This document shows, one piece after another, positions 28,301-38,755 of a stretch of DNA of 64,000 nt. The DNA is from an uncultured Gammaproteobacteria bacterium (GTDB lineage: Bacteria > Patescibacteriota > Microgenomatia > CAZETR01 > Amesbacteraceae), in the NCBI GenBank assembly GCA_964518565.1, contig CAZFGX010000001.1:203046-267045 (forward strand), written 5' to 3'. Under the pieces are notes generated by a model. That model was not told the DNA's origin and made no database searches. It saw only the letters and a list, made by a program, of their open reading frames with translations. Positions within the stretch are counted from its first letter, which is position 1. The number at the start of each line of letters is the position of its first letter. Both the position numbers and the translations under genes were made by a program.

Positions 28301-30484
28301 ATGAAAATTGGTTTGTCAGTTGTTATTCCAGCCTATAACGAAGAAGAAAATGTTGCTAGCTGTCTGGAAAAAGTAAACAAAGTCTTAAAAACGCATCCCG
28401 AAATTGATGCCCAAATAATCTTAGTAAACGATGGTTCAAAAGATAAAACAGGTAAGATAGCAGAAAATTATAAAAATAAAATCGGTAATTTAACGGTAGT
28501 CCACAACAATCCTAATCGGGGATATGGTGGCTCATTAAAAGCAGGTTTTGAAAAAGCAGAAAAAGAATTTATTGTATTCACTCCAGCAGATAACCAATTT
28601 GATTTTTCAGAAGTAACAAAACTAATTGACAAGCAAAAAGAAACAGATTCGGACATTGTATCTGGTATACGTGTTGGAGGAGGTGTAGATCCCATACATA
28701 GAAAGTTAAATAGATGGGGCTGGAATACTGTGGTTCGTGCGCTATTTGGATATTTAGCGACTGATATAGACTGCGGCTTCAAGCTTTTTCGAAGAGAAAT
28801 TTTGTCACATGTGTACATACCTGCCGAACGTGGAGCCATGATCGATACCCAACTCTTTGCAAGCGCTAGGGCTAAGGGGTTTTCTGTGGCTGAAATACCA
28901 CTAACACATCTTCCACGGACGGCTGGAAAATCAACAGGCGCTAATTTTCGAGTTATTATTCAGTCGTTTATTGACTTAATCACTTTTTGGTGGCAATTAA
29001 AAAAAGAAATTTTAGTAGAACGTGGTCTAGCAGTATTCCCATGGGAGATGATTGCAATTTTTAGTATTCTTATTATCTCTTTATTCCTCCGACTATACAA
29101 AATTGATCAGTATATGACATTTTTAGGGGATGAAGGCAGAGATGCCCTAGTGTTACGAGAAATCGTTTTAGGACAACATGTACCTCTCATTGGCCCCGGA
29201 ACATCTATAGGAAACATGTACCTAGGTCCTCTGTATTATTATCTAACAGCCCCTGCAATCGCTATTGCGAAACTTTCTCCAGTCGGACCTGCTGTAGAAG
29301 TAGCATTATTTGGCGTTCTTACTGTTGGACTAATTTGGTGGATAGGTCGTCAATGGTTTGGGAGAATCTCTGCTCTAGTAAGTAGTGTTTTGTATGCAAT
29401 TGCCCCCACTGTCATTATCTACTCTCGTTCATCGTGGAATCCAAATATCATGCCATTTTTTGCCCTACTAGCAATATATTCAATCTGGAAAGTATGGCGC
29501 TTTGGATATTGGCGCTGGTTACTAGTTACTGCAATAAGTATGGCATTTGTTTTAAATAGTCATTATTTGGGTCTTATCCTATTACCCACAATTTGTTTCG
29601 TCTGGCTTTTACGAAAAAAAACCCCGGAATCCAAAAAATATTCACTTCTTGCACTAATAATTTTCTGCGTATGCATGTCTCCGTTGCTTTTCTTTGATTT
29701 AAGGCACAACTGGCAAAACTCACGAGCGGTAAAACAGTTTTTTACCAACAGAGAAAACACTGTCAATTTAAAAGCATACAAATCCTTTCCAAAAATTATA
29801 CCTACCACCAGTGCGATATCTGAGACGCTATTGGCGGCTAAAAAACCTCAATTAAACATTTATATTATTATTTTTGTATCAGTAACATTTATATACGCCG
29901 CATTTTCTAAAAAAATATCCAAAGATATTGGATTTTTACTTTTATGGTTTTTTATCGGTTGTGTAGGACTAAGCTTGTACAAGCAACATGTATACGACCA
30001 TTATTATGGTTTCCTGTTTCCGGTACCCTTTCTTCTGTTTGGGTTCTGTATTTCGATTTTGTTACATCAAAAAAATATTTTAGTTAAAAGCATGGCAGTA
30101 ATTATAAGTAGTGCAGTAATTTTTATAAATCTTTCACAAAATCCTTTAAAATTTAGTCCAAATAACCAGCTAAAAAATACACAAATGATATCAGAATTCA
30201 TTAAAGAAAAATCTAGCGATCAGCCTTTTAATCTCGCGTTATTGTCTAAATCAAATTATGACGCAAGTTATAGATATTTTTTAACATTAAATCAATCTCA
30301 ATATAAAAAAATTGACCATCAAAAAACTAATCAATTATATGTAATCTGTGAGTATCAGCCCTGTTCTCCTATTGGTAATCCATTGTGGGAAATTGCAGCA
30401 TTTGGATGGGCAAAAATTGATTCAGTATGGAATGTGTCAGGCGTAGAAATCTATCGCTTGCTGCCTAACCCTCAAGGATCATGA
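28301..30484 (+). CDS. Fusion: DPM/ArnC-like GT2 + ArnT-like GT-C
   Basis: VVIPAYNE, NDGSKD, GYG and DIDCGFK N-terminal motifs; C-terminal multi-TM part with GDEGRD...GPLYYY...WNP. Confidence 0.85.
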   Translation: MKIGLSVVIPAYNEEENVASCLEKVNKVLKTHPEIDAQIILVNDGSKDKTGKIAENYKNKIGNLTVVHNNPNRGYGGSLKAGFEKAEKEFIVFTPADNQFDFSEVTKLIDKQKETDSDIVSGIRVGGGVDPIHRKLNRWGWNTVVRALFGYLATDIDCGFKLFRREILSHVYIPAERGAMIDTQLFASARAKGFSVAEIPLTHLPRTAGKSTGANFRVIIQSFIDLITFWWQLKKEILVERGLAVFPWEMIAIFSILIISLFLRLYKIDQYMTFLGDEGRDALVLREIVLGQHVPLIGPGTSIGNMYLGPLYYYLTAPAIAIAKLSPVGPAVEVALFGVLTVGLIWWIGRQWFGRISALVSSVLYAIAPTVIIYSRSSWNPNIMPFFALLAIYSIWKVWRFGYWRWLLVTAISMAFVLNSHYLGLILLPTICFVWLLRKKTPESKKYSLLALIIFCVCMSPLLFFDLRHNWQNSRAVKQFFTNRENTVNLKAYKSFPKIIPTTSAISETLLAAKKPQLNIYIIIFVSVTFIYAAFSKKISKDIGFLLLWFFIGCVGLSLYKQHVYDHYYGFLFPVPFLLFGFCISILLHQKNILVKSMAVIISSAVIFINLSQNPLKFSPNNQLKNTQMISEFIKEKSSDQPFNLALLSKSNYDASYRYFLTLNQSQYKKIDHQKTNQLYVICEYQPCSPIGNPLWEIAAFGWAKIDSVWNVSGVEIYRLLPNPQGS

Positions 30485-31920
30485 AATACCTCAGTCTCCT
30501 GGTTGTTATTATTATAGTAGGTGCATTTTTCAGATTGTATCGAACCTCAGAGTTTTTAGGATTTTGGTACGACCAGGGCCGTGATGCAAAGATTGTTTGG
30601 TCAGCTATACACAATCAAAAATTATTCTTAATCGGACCAACTACAGGCATAGAGGGTATCTTCCTTGGGCCATTTTATTATTACTTACTACTTCCTTTGT
30701 ATTGGTTTGGTAAGGGTGATCCTCAAATTCCGGCAATGTCATTCGCTGTGATAAATGTAATAGTTATATTTTTTTTATACAAAATAGGGGAGATATTTAA
30801 AAACAAGAAAACAGGTCTAATAGCAGCCCTATTATATGGACTATCATCAGATCTGGTTCAACTGAGCCGATGGTTATCCAATCCTACACCGCTGCCTTTA
30901 TTCGCAGTAATCTGTATATATTGCTTAGCTAAAATTATTACAAAACAGGGCAGCAGAAAACATTGGTTAATTTCTAGTTTATGTGTTGGACTTGGCCTTC
31001 AGTTAGAAGCTGCTTCAGCTACGTTTTTTATACCCATTCTTGTAATTATCATTCTCATTTACAGAAAATATACAGTTAGTTCACTAGTGGTATTCACACT
31101 AACGCTTTTACCACAATTTATTTTTAACATTCGCCATGACAATATATTACTCGAAGCTTTTCAAAAATTTTTAATTACAGAAAAAAGTTTTATTCCCAAT
31201 ACATCATCATATATTTCTCATCGACTAAGCCAATACATAGATATCTTCTTAGGAAAAATATCTCATGATCAATATATTCAGTTTGCTGTAGGAATTATAT
31301 TAAGTGTAGCAATAATAGTTTATAGAAAAAAAATTATAAATAGAGTTTTTTTACTTCTAATGGTTTGGTGGGTATTGCCAATGCTAGTTTTATTGCTTTA
31401 CCACGGAAATCATGGATTTGTATGGAGTTATTATTTTATTGGAGCGTTTCCAGGTTTTATATTGTCGATCGCATGGATATTGGCTTCAATCAATCGATCA
31501 ATTATGTCTATTTTTTTGGCTTTATTTATATTGCAAAATATCGCGAGTAATATTTCATTTATTACCTTAAAACATCCCAATTACATTACATTTTCAGATA
31601 TATATCAAGCCGTGGAGTGGATTTATAAAGATAACAAGAACAACGATTTCAATGTCGATATATATGTGCCGCCAGTCATGACTGATGCATATGATTACTT
31701 TTTTTTATGGTTGGGTACAACCAAATATAGTCGACTGCCTTCAAGTCAAATGAAAAACCGTCTCTATCTAATAGCAGAACCAGATGGAGAACATCCATAT
31801 TATCGCCAAAAATGGCTGAACAGACAAAATACTTACGGCCAAATTGAACTAACCGACACTATTGGTCCGCTGTATATTGCGCGTCTATCAAGGTATGATT
31901 TCAGTAAATCCCATGAATAA
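30481..31920 (+). CDS. ArnT/GT83-like GT-C glycosyltransferase
   Basis: YDQGRD...LIGP...GPFYYY loop; multi-TM. Confidence 0.8.
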   Translation: MKYLSLLVVIIIVGAFFRLYRTSEFLGFWYDQGRDAKIVWSAIHNQKLFLIGPTTGIEGIFLGPFYYYLLLPLYWFGKGDPQIPAMSFAVINVIVIFFLYKIGEIFKNKKTGLIAALLYGLSSDLVQLSRWLSNPTPLPLFAVICIYCLAKIITKQGSRKHWLISSLCVGLGLQLEAASATFFIPILVIIILIYRKYTVSSLVVFTLTLLPQFIFNIRHDNILLEAFQKFLITEKSFIPNTSSYISHRLSQYIDIFLGKISHDQYIQFAVGIILSVAIIVYRKKIINRVFLLLMVWWVLPMLVLLLYHGNHGFVWSYYFIGAFPGFILSIAWILASINRSIMSIFLALFILQNIASNISFITLKHPNYITFSDIYQAVEWIYKDNKNNDFNVDIYVPPVMTDAYDYFFLWLGTTKYSRLPSSQMKNRLYLIAEPDGEHPYYRQKWLNRQNTYGQIELTDTIGPLYIARLSRYDFSKSHE

Positions 31921-33382
31921 GGCCACCACAACCATTTGCGTAGTCATTTTACTTATAGGAATGTTTTTACGAGTTTATGATTATAAAGAGCGTTTTTATT
32001 ATGGCCATGACAACGATCTTGCTTCATGGATTGTCAAAGACGTTGTTGTAAATCACCACCATAGGCTAATCGGCCAATTGACTTCATCTCCGGGAATATT
32101 TATTGGATCCTTTTTTTATTATGCATTAATACCGTTCTATCTTTTAGGTCATATGGATCCTGTATATAGCGTGGGCTTTTCATGGCTGATGAGTCTATTG
32201 TCTATTTTGAGTATATTTTATGTAACAGCAAAAATTCATGGAAAAAAGACCGCTATTTTTGCAACTCTTATTTATGCTCTTTCGTCAAGCATTGTTTCGA
32301 CTGATCGTGAGGTAGTGCCTACAACAGCTGTGCATATATGGTCTATCTGGTTTTACTATGCAATCTCAAATTGGTTTAATAAGAAAACAAATAGCATATA
32401 TATATTTGCCATATTGTTCGCATTGGTTTGGCATATTCATTTAATTTTAGGCCTGTTGTCCATAATTGTGATAATTGGCTATCTCCCTCAAATCAAGCAT
32501 ATTGAGATAAAAAAAATTATTCTGGCCGCAACAATATTTTTCATACTAGGCAGTCCTTTATTTAGTTTTGAATATCGGCATAATTTCTCTCAAACAAGAG
32601 CCTTATTTGGTTCTTTTGGTCAACATGCGAGAGTTGAAAGAACTGTATCAGAAAAATTTATACATGTAGGGGAGTATGTCGCAAAAAATATAAACAATAT
32701 TGTATGGGAAAAGCCAGAATCTATAAATAAATTTTTTATCCCCTTAATTTTGGCAATCTGCATATTGATTTCTTTCCTAAAACAAAAAGTTTCTTCCACG
32801 AGCATGCTCCCAGCCGCAATATGGATTGGACTGATAACGACTTTTTTTGCTCTCCATCCAATAAATTTATCTGAGTATTATTTAAACAGTTTAAACATTA
32901 TATGGATAGTCTGGATCGGGATTATATTTGCATCGATTTGGTCGAATAATAAAATCGCCAAATTTACTGTATTATCAGCGCTATCTCTCTTCGCATATCA
33001 CAACATTAATCGATATCTCTTCATGAACGTTAACAAGAGCGGTTATGTAGAAAAAACTGCAATTATTTCAGCCATTGCGCGCGATGCGCAAAATCATGGC
33101 TATCCTTGTGTGTCCATTTCATATATTACCGATCCTGGAAACAATTTAGGATACAGATATTTAATTTGGTACAAGGGTTTAAAAACAGCCCCAATCACAA
33201 ACAAAGTTCCAGTATATTCAATCGTATATCCACATGTACTCGTAGGAAAGATTGATGAGTCGTTTGGAGCAATAGGTCTAATTTATCCAGAATATGAAAA
33301 ATTTTCCATGGCTCGTATAATTGAAAATTGCCAAGGTCCTGATCAAAATACTACAGAATCCATGTTTGGTTTCACAAAATAA
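31913..33382 (+). CDS. ArnT/GT83-like GT-C glycosyltransferase
   Basis: HDNDLA...LIGQ...GSFFYY loop; paralogue of the preceding gene; start ATG 31913. Confidence 0.75.
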   Translation: MNKATTTICVVILLIGMFLRVYDYKERFYYGHDNDLASWIVKDVVVNHHHRLIGQLTSSPGIFIGSFFYYALIPFYLLGHMDPVYSVGFSWLMSLLSILSIFYVTAKIHGKKTAIFATLIYALSSSIVSTDREVVPTTAVHIWSIWFYYAISNWFNKKTNSIYIFAILFALVWHIHLILGLLSIIVIIGYLPQIKHIEIKKIILAATIFFILGSPLFSFEYRHNFSQTRALFGSFGQHARVERTVSEKFIHVGEYVAKNINNIVWEKPESINKFFIPLILAICILISFLKQKVSSTSMLPAAIWIGLITTFFALHPINLSEYYLNSLNIIWIVWIGIIFASIWSNNKIAKFTVLSALSLFAYHNINRYLFMNVNKSGYVEKTAIISAIARDAQNHGYPCVSISYITDPGNNLGYRYLIWYKGLKTAPITNKVPVYSIVYPHVLVGKIDESFGAIGLIYPEYEKFSMARIIENCQGPDQNTTESMFGFTK

Positions 33383-33386
33383 ATAT

Positions 33387-34148
33387 ATGCAACCATATCT
33401 GTCAATCATTGTTCCAGCATATAACGAAGAGCAAAACATTAATAAAGGGGTGATTGAAGGACTGGTCGAATATCTAAATAGTCAAACATTCACTTGGGAA
33501 ATACTAATTGTAAATGATGGCTCGACGGATCAAACAGATAAATTAATTAAGAAGATTTCAAAAGATAATAATAAAATTATTTACATACAAAACCCTCACA
33601 TGGGAAAGGCAGCTACAATTATGACCGGAGCGGCAAGAGCAAACGGTAAGTACTTTGTGTATACAGATATGGATCAAGCCACCCCAATTTCTGAAATACA
33701 TAAACTTTTGCACCAGCTAAATCAAGGTATAGACATTGTCATTGGTTCGCGCCAAAATCGAAAAGGAGCACCATTGTTTCGTCAAATATTGGCTTATGGA
33801 AATGTTATTATGCGCACATTAATTCTACGTCTACCGTATAAAGATACCCAATGTGGATTTAAGGCTTTTAGTTCATCTTCAGCAAAAAAAATATTTTTGA
33901 TTATGCAAAAATTCCATCCTCTAAAAGTGATTGACGGGCCAGCAGTAAATGCGGGATTTGATATGGAAATACTTTTTTTAGCCAGAAAATTAAAATATCG
34001 AGTGGTCGAGGTACCAGTTCAGTGGCGGCATCAAGAAACAAAACGTGTCTCGTTTATTAGAGATGCTTTCGCGAGTATGAAAGAATTAATGCTTATTCGC
34101 TATCGCGCGATTACAAATGCTTACGATCTAACCGATGACAATAAATAA
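33387..34148 (+). CDS. Polyprenyl-phosphate glycosyltransferase (ALG5-like GT2)
   Basis: SIIVPAYNE, NDGSTD, DMD, GSR, DTQCGFK, FDMEIL and EVPVQW motifs; start ATG 33387. Confidence 0.88.
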   Translation: MQPYLSIIVPAYNEEQNINKGVIEGLVEYLNSQTFTWEILIVNDGSTDQTDKLIKKISKDNNKIIYIQNPHMGKAATIMTGAARANGKYFVYTDMDQATPISEIHKLLHQLNQGIDIVIGSRQNRKGAPLFRQILAYGNVIMRTLILRLPYKDTQCGFKAFSSSSAKKIFLIMQKFHPLKVIDGPAVNAGFDMEILFLARKLKYRVVEVPVQWRHQETKRVSFIRDAFASMKELMLIRYRAITNAYDLTDDNK

Positions 34149-35643
34149 AAATCGTCTATCGATAATAAATATCAGTATTATTATTGGAATAATTGCAGTT
34201 GGGGCATTTTTACGATTAACAAATCTCAATGCGATACCGGTTTTTGCGGACGAATCTATTTACATACGCTGGTCTCAAGTAATGAAATCAGAATCGACAC
34301 TGCGTTTTTTGCCACTGTCGGATGGGAAACAGCCATTATATATGTGGACAGTAATGCCTTTTTTAAAATTAATTTCAGATCCACTTATTGCCGCAAGAAT
34401 AGTATCTGGTTTCTGTGGGATTGTTACAACAATTGGCGTTGGACTTGCTGCCTGGTTATTATTTAAAAATAGACGAGTAGCATTTTTATCTGCAGCCATC
34501 TGGTCGGTACTACCCTATGCTGTATTCTTCGAGCGTTTGGCTCTAGCTGATGCAATGTTGGCCATGTTTATTATTTGGACTTTTAATTGTATGTATATTG
34601 CTTTAAAACAAATACGATTAGATTTTGGAATGCTAGCAGGTTTTTGTTTAGGATTTGCCTGGTTAACAAAGTCGCCGGCGATGATCATATTATTACTGCT
34701 TCCTTGTTTATTAATTGTTTCAATAAACAAATCTGAGTTAATCAAACAAATTGGTATTTTGCTTGTGTGTTTTGTAATTAGTTATGTCATGTACAACATT
34801 CTCCGACTGGGGCCAGAGTTTCATATGATTGCCATACGAAATAGAGATTATATTTTTCCGTTATCTGAAATAATTCATCATCCATTAAACCCATTAATAA
34901 GCAATTTGAAAACAACTGTAATTCTTTTTGGCTATTTGCTAACTCCTGTTGGGCTATTGTTAGCATTACTAGGTATTTTAGATAGGGGAAAAAATCACAT
35001 ACCACAACGAATTTGTTTAGTTATTTTTCTGCTTTTACCAATTTTTATCCAATCAGGGATTGCAAAAACATTCACTGCTCGCTATTTACTATATACCATA
35101 CCATTTGCAGTGATTTTAATCAGTCACGCCATTGAACATATTGGTCAACACACCAAGAAACATTTTTTAGTTTTGGTAGCTGCTGCAACAGTCGTGATTC
35201 CTTCGTTATGGATAGACATCCAATTACTTACAAAACCAGAAAACGCCCCCTTGCCCAAAATCGAGCGTTCAGGATACCTTGAAGGCTGGACAGCGGGTTA
35301 TGGAATAAAGGAAATTAGTCAAAAAATAAATAATCTTCCACCAACAGAAAATATTGTAGTGGGTGCAGAAGGTTTTTTTGGAACACCATTTAGTGCGTTA
35401 CAAATTTACACTAATAATCATCCAAATATTCGCATAGTCGGAGTTGGTATATATGTAGACACTTTAAACGAAAATCTTGTCCAAGCCAAAAAGGATAATA
35501 CGGTATTTTTAGTTGTAAATTCTTCTAGGTTTCATATAGCTAATCCTGAAAAAGAGGGTCTTTTGTTGCTAGCAAGTTTCCCCAAGGCAATCCAGGCGGA
35601 TGGATCTCAAGAATTTACTCTATTTTTCCAATTAAAAAAATGA
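34135..35643 (+). CDS. PMT/ArnT-like GT-C glycosyltransferase
   Basis: FADESIY, KQPLYMW and ARY motifs; multi-TM. Confidence 0.8.
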   Translation: MTINKNRLSIINISIIIGIIAVGAFLRLTNLNAIPVFADESIYIRWSQVMKSESTLRFLPLSDGKQPLYMWTVMPFLKLISDPLIAARIVSGFCGIVTTIGVGLAAWLLFKNRRVAFLSAAIWSVLPYAVFFERLALADAMLAMFIIWTFNCMYIALKQIRLDFGMLAGFCLGFAWLTKSPAMIILLLLPCLLIVSINKSELIKQIGILLVCFVISYVMYNILRLGPEFHMIAIRNRDYIFPLSEIIHHPLNPLISNLKTTVILFGYLLTPVGLLLALLGILDRGKNHIPQRICLVIFLLLPIFIQSGIAKTFTARYLLYTIPFAVILISHAIEHIGQHTKKHFLVLVAAATVVIPSLWIDIQLLTKPENAPLPKIERSGYLEGWTAGYGIKEISQKINNLPPTENIVVGAEGFFGTPFSALQIYTNNHPNIRIVGVGIYVDTLNENLVQAKKDNTVFLVVNSSRFHIANPEKEGLLLLASFPKAIQADGSQEFTLFFQLKK

Positions 35644-37295
35644 AATACCTGCTCATATTGGTAATTTTGTTGACACCTACATATAGTTTGTTATTACAGC
35701 GGGGATTTTTCCCCGTACATGACAATCTTCAACCAATGCGTCAGCTTCAGATGGAGAAATGTTTTTCAGATGGTCAGATCCCTTGTAGATGGGTTCCAGA
35801 TATGGGTAATGGATATGGCTACCCACTATTTAACTATTACCCCCCCCTTCCTTATCTACTTGGACAAGTATTCAGAATTGCTAATTTTTCATTCATAGAT
35901 ACGATAAAAGCAGTTGGTGTGACCGGATTCGTTCTTGGCGGACTTGGTATGTATTATTTAGCAAAAGAAATATGGGGTAAAAAAGCTGGCCTAATCTCAG
36001 CAATACTGTTCAGTTATGCCCCATACCATTCTGTTGACTATTTTGTTCGAGGAGCTGTAAATGAGTTTTGGGCAATGACAGCCTATCCATTAATATTTTT
36101 TCTCTTTTTAAAACTTATTAAATCATCAAGGCCAATATATGTACCATTTTGTGCTATCTCACTTGCCGTTCTGATGCTTTCACATAATTTAATGTTAATG
36201 ATTTTTATTCCATTTTTTGTTCTATGGATCACATATTGGTTAACTACCTATCCTAAAAAAAATTCATTAATATTTGTAATTGCTTCAGGACTACTTGGTA
36301 TTTCAATATCTGCATTTTTTAATATTCCGGTTTTGTTTGAGCAAAAGCTGGTACATATCGAAACATTAACAATCGGATACTTTAACTATCTGGCACACTT
36401 TGCAGATATTAAACAACTATTTTTTGAAACAAATTGGGGGTATGGAGGATCTTCCTTGGGTCATAACGATGGTCTAAGTTTTGCTCTAGGTTATGTTCAA
36501 TCTGCAGCGGCATTGGGAGGATTATTATTTGGAATATTTATAAAAAAAATCTCTGCCGACCGAAAAATAATTTTTGGCTTATTTATAAGTTTGCTTCTAA
36601 GTTTATTTATGACCCACTCACGTTCTTCATTTATCTGGGATCACATTAGGCCTCTTCAGTTCTTACAATTCCCATGGAGATTTTTGACTATTGCTGTATT
36701 TTTTGCTGGTTTGCTTGGCGGAGTTATTGCAAAAATAAATTCAAAAATTTCGATAGTTCTGATAGTAATATGTCTGATGGTAAATGGAAATTATTTTCGA
36801 CCAAGTGAATGGTATTTTGATCAAAATGATAGCCAAATGTTTTCAGGAGATTCGTGGAAAAAATTAATAACAGCAAGTATTTTTGATTATTTACCTATAT
36901 CCGCCACTCTCCCGCCTGTGAACACTGTCACAAGTCCTATTGTTTCGCTCAAAGAACCGATTTTTATCGAAGAATTAGCTCAAAAAACTAACAAGGAAGA
37001 ATATAAAATCGTTTCTTCACACAGCACAGAAATAAAATTCAATAAGTTATATTTTCCATATTGGACAGTTAGCGTAAATAACCAACCAGCAGAGCTAAAA
37101 ATTACCCCAGATGAAGGAACCTTTTCCACTACAATTCCTAGTGGAACAAATTATATTCAACTAAAATTACAAAACACTCCAATTAGACATGTTGCCAATA
37201 TTCTCTCTGTGGTCGGGATATTCGTATCAGTTTTCTGGATTGTCGCGGCTAAGTGGTCTAAAATATCAAATGTATGGAAACTGAAGTTACGCTAG
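35640..37295 (+). CDS. GT-C-like membrane protein (PTPS-related family)
   Basis: RWVPDMGNGYGYPLFNYYPP, RGAVNE and LQFPWRFL motifs; YFPYW C-terminal domain. Confidence 0.75.
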   Translation: MKYLLILVILLTPTYSLLLQRGFFPVHDNLQPMRQLQMEKCFSDGQIPCRWVPDMGNGYGYPLFNYYPPLPYLLGQVFRIANFSFIDTIKAVGVTGFVLGGLGMYYLAKEIWGKKAGLISAILFSYAPYHSVDYFVRGAVNEFWAMTAYPLIFFLFLKLIKSSRPIYVPFCAISLAVLMLSHNLMLMIFIPFFVLWITYWLTTYPKKNSLIFVIASGLLGISISAFFNIPVLFEQKLVHIETLTIGYFNYLAHFADIKQLFFETNWGYGGSSLGHNDGLSFALGYVQSAAALGGLLFGIFIKKISADRKIIFGLFISLLLSLFMTHSRSSFIWDHIRPLQFLQFPWRFLTIAVFFAGLLGGVIAKINSKISIVLIVICLMVNGNYFRPSEWYFDQNDSQMFSGDSWKKLITASIFDYLPISATLPPVNTVTSPIVSLKEPIFIEELAQKTNKEEYKIVSSHSTEIKFNKLYFPYWTVSVNNQPAELKITPDEGTFSTTIPSGTNYIQLKLQNTPIRHVANILSVVGIFVSVFWIVAAKWSKISNVWKLKLR

Positions 37296-38755
37296 GTCAT
37301 ATTGATATAGATACGGTAAAAACCAGATCTATTAGTGGAGTTATTACACTTATCACTCGTTCATTTATTCAAAGAATTATTAGCTCTGTCGGATTTTTTT
37401 TCATATCAGTTTTTTTATCTCGTCCTGAGATTGGTATTTTTATTGCAGTTAATGATTTAGTTTCAATACTTGGATATTTTTCAGACATTGGATTAGCAGC
37501 ATCATTAATTCAAAAAAAAGATCAAATAACACGAGAAGATTTAAAAACCACCTTTACGCTTCAACAATTAATTGTCTCTAGTTTGATAATTTTAACTATT
37601 GCGGGTTCCTATTGGATATTAAAGTTTTATCAAATAGGTACAGGTGGAAGTTGGTTATTCTTTAGTTTGCTGTTAGCTTTCTTTCTAGCTTCATTAAAAA
37701 CAATCCCTTCAGTTATTCTTGAGCGACAATTAAAATTTGAAGTTTTAGCATTAGTAGAAATGGTTGAAACAGTGGTCTTCTATGTCATTGTTGTAGTGTT
37801 GGCATGGAAGGGGTTTGGTATTAGTTCTTATGCGATTGCCGTTTTAGTCAGAGGGGTAATTGGAACAACTATTCTATACAAGTTGTCACCATGGAAAATG
37901 GGGTTGGGGATATCCAAATCAAGTTTAAAAAGTCTTCTATCGTTTGGATTGCCATATCAATTCAACAGCTTAATGGCGGTAATAAAAGATAGGTTTGTAA
38001 ATATTGCTTTGTGGAAAATCGTTGGAGCAGACGGGGTGGGGATATTGGGATGGGCACAGAATTGGTCACAATTGCCACTAAGATTTGTTATGGATAATGT
38101 AACAAAAGTCACGTTCCCGGCATACGCAAGGCTTCAATCGCATCCTGATCAATTAAAAAATGCAATAGAAAAAACACTTTTCTTTATTGCATTTTTAACC
38201 TTCCCGCTCGTTGCGGGATTGGCAATTATTTCGCCAATGCTGATTCATATAATTCCTAAATATGCTAAATGGGAAGTGGCGTTGATTCCATTGATCCTTT
38301 ATTGCTTCAATAGCGCCTGGGCAAGTATATCTACACCATTAACCAATTTAATTAATGCGATGGGTAAGGTAAAAATAAATTCATATCTAATGATTATGTG
38401 GACATTGTTGACATGGATTTTGACACCTTGGTTAGCGATAAAGTACGGATATATTGGAGTTAGTTATGCTTCTGCAATAATTGCACTTTCATCAATTGTT
38501 CCAATAATTATTGCCAAAAATTTGGTAAATTTTTCACTCAAAAAAAGCGTCTTACCTCCTGTAATTGCGGTAATAATTATGTTTATGTTGGGGTGGTATC
38601 TGGTACATGCATTACCCGCAAGTATTGCGAATGTCATTGTTATAATTGTTGCTTGTTCAATCGTATATTTCAGTCTAAATATAGTATTTTTAGGCCAAAA
38701 CTTAATAGTTGACGTTAAAAAATTCTCCCATGCGTTCATTCATCGAAAAAAATAA
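37274..38755 (+). CDS. Wzx/MOP-family oligosaccharide flippase
   Basis: SDIGLAASLIQ and VTFPAYARLQ motifs; about 12-14 TM helices. Confidence 0.88.
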   Translation: METEVTLGHIDIDTVKTRSISGVITLITRSFIQRIISSVGFFFISVFLSRPEIGIFIAVNDLVSILGYFSDIGLAASLIQKKDQITREDLKTTFTLQQLIVSSLIILTIAGSYWILKFYQIGTGGSWLFFSLLLAFFLASLKTIPSVILERQLKFEVLALVEMVETVVFYVIVVVLAWKGFGISSYAIAVLVRGVIGTTILYKLSPWKMGLGISKSSLKSLLSFGLPYQFNSLMAVIKDRFVNIALWKIVGADGVGILGWAQNWSQLPLRFVMDNVTKVTFPAYARLQSHPDQLKNAIEKTLFFIAFLTFPLVAGLAIISPMLIHIIPKYAKWEVALIPLILYCFNSAWASISTPLTNLINAMGKVKINSYLMIMWTLLTWILTPWLAIKYGYIGVSYASAIIALSSIVPIIIAKNLVNFSLKKSVLPPVIAVIIMFMLGWYLVHALPASIANVIVIIVACSIVYFSLNIVFLGQNLIVDVKKFSHAFIHRKK

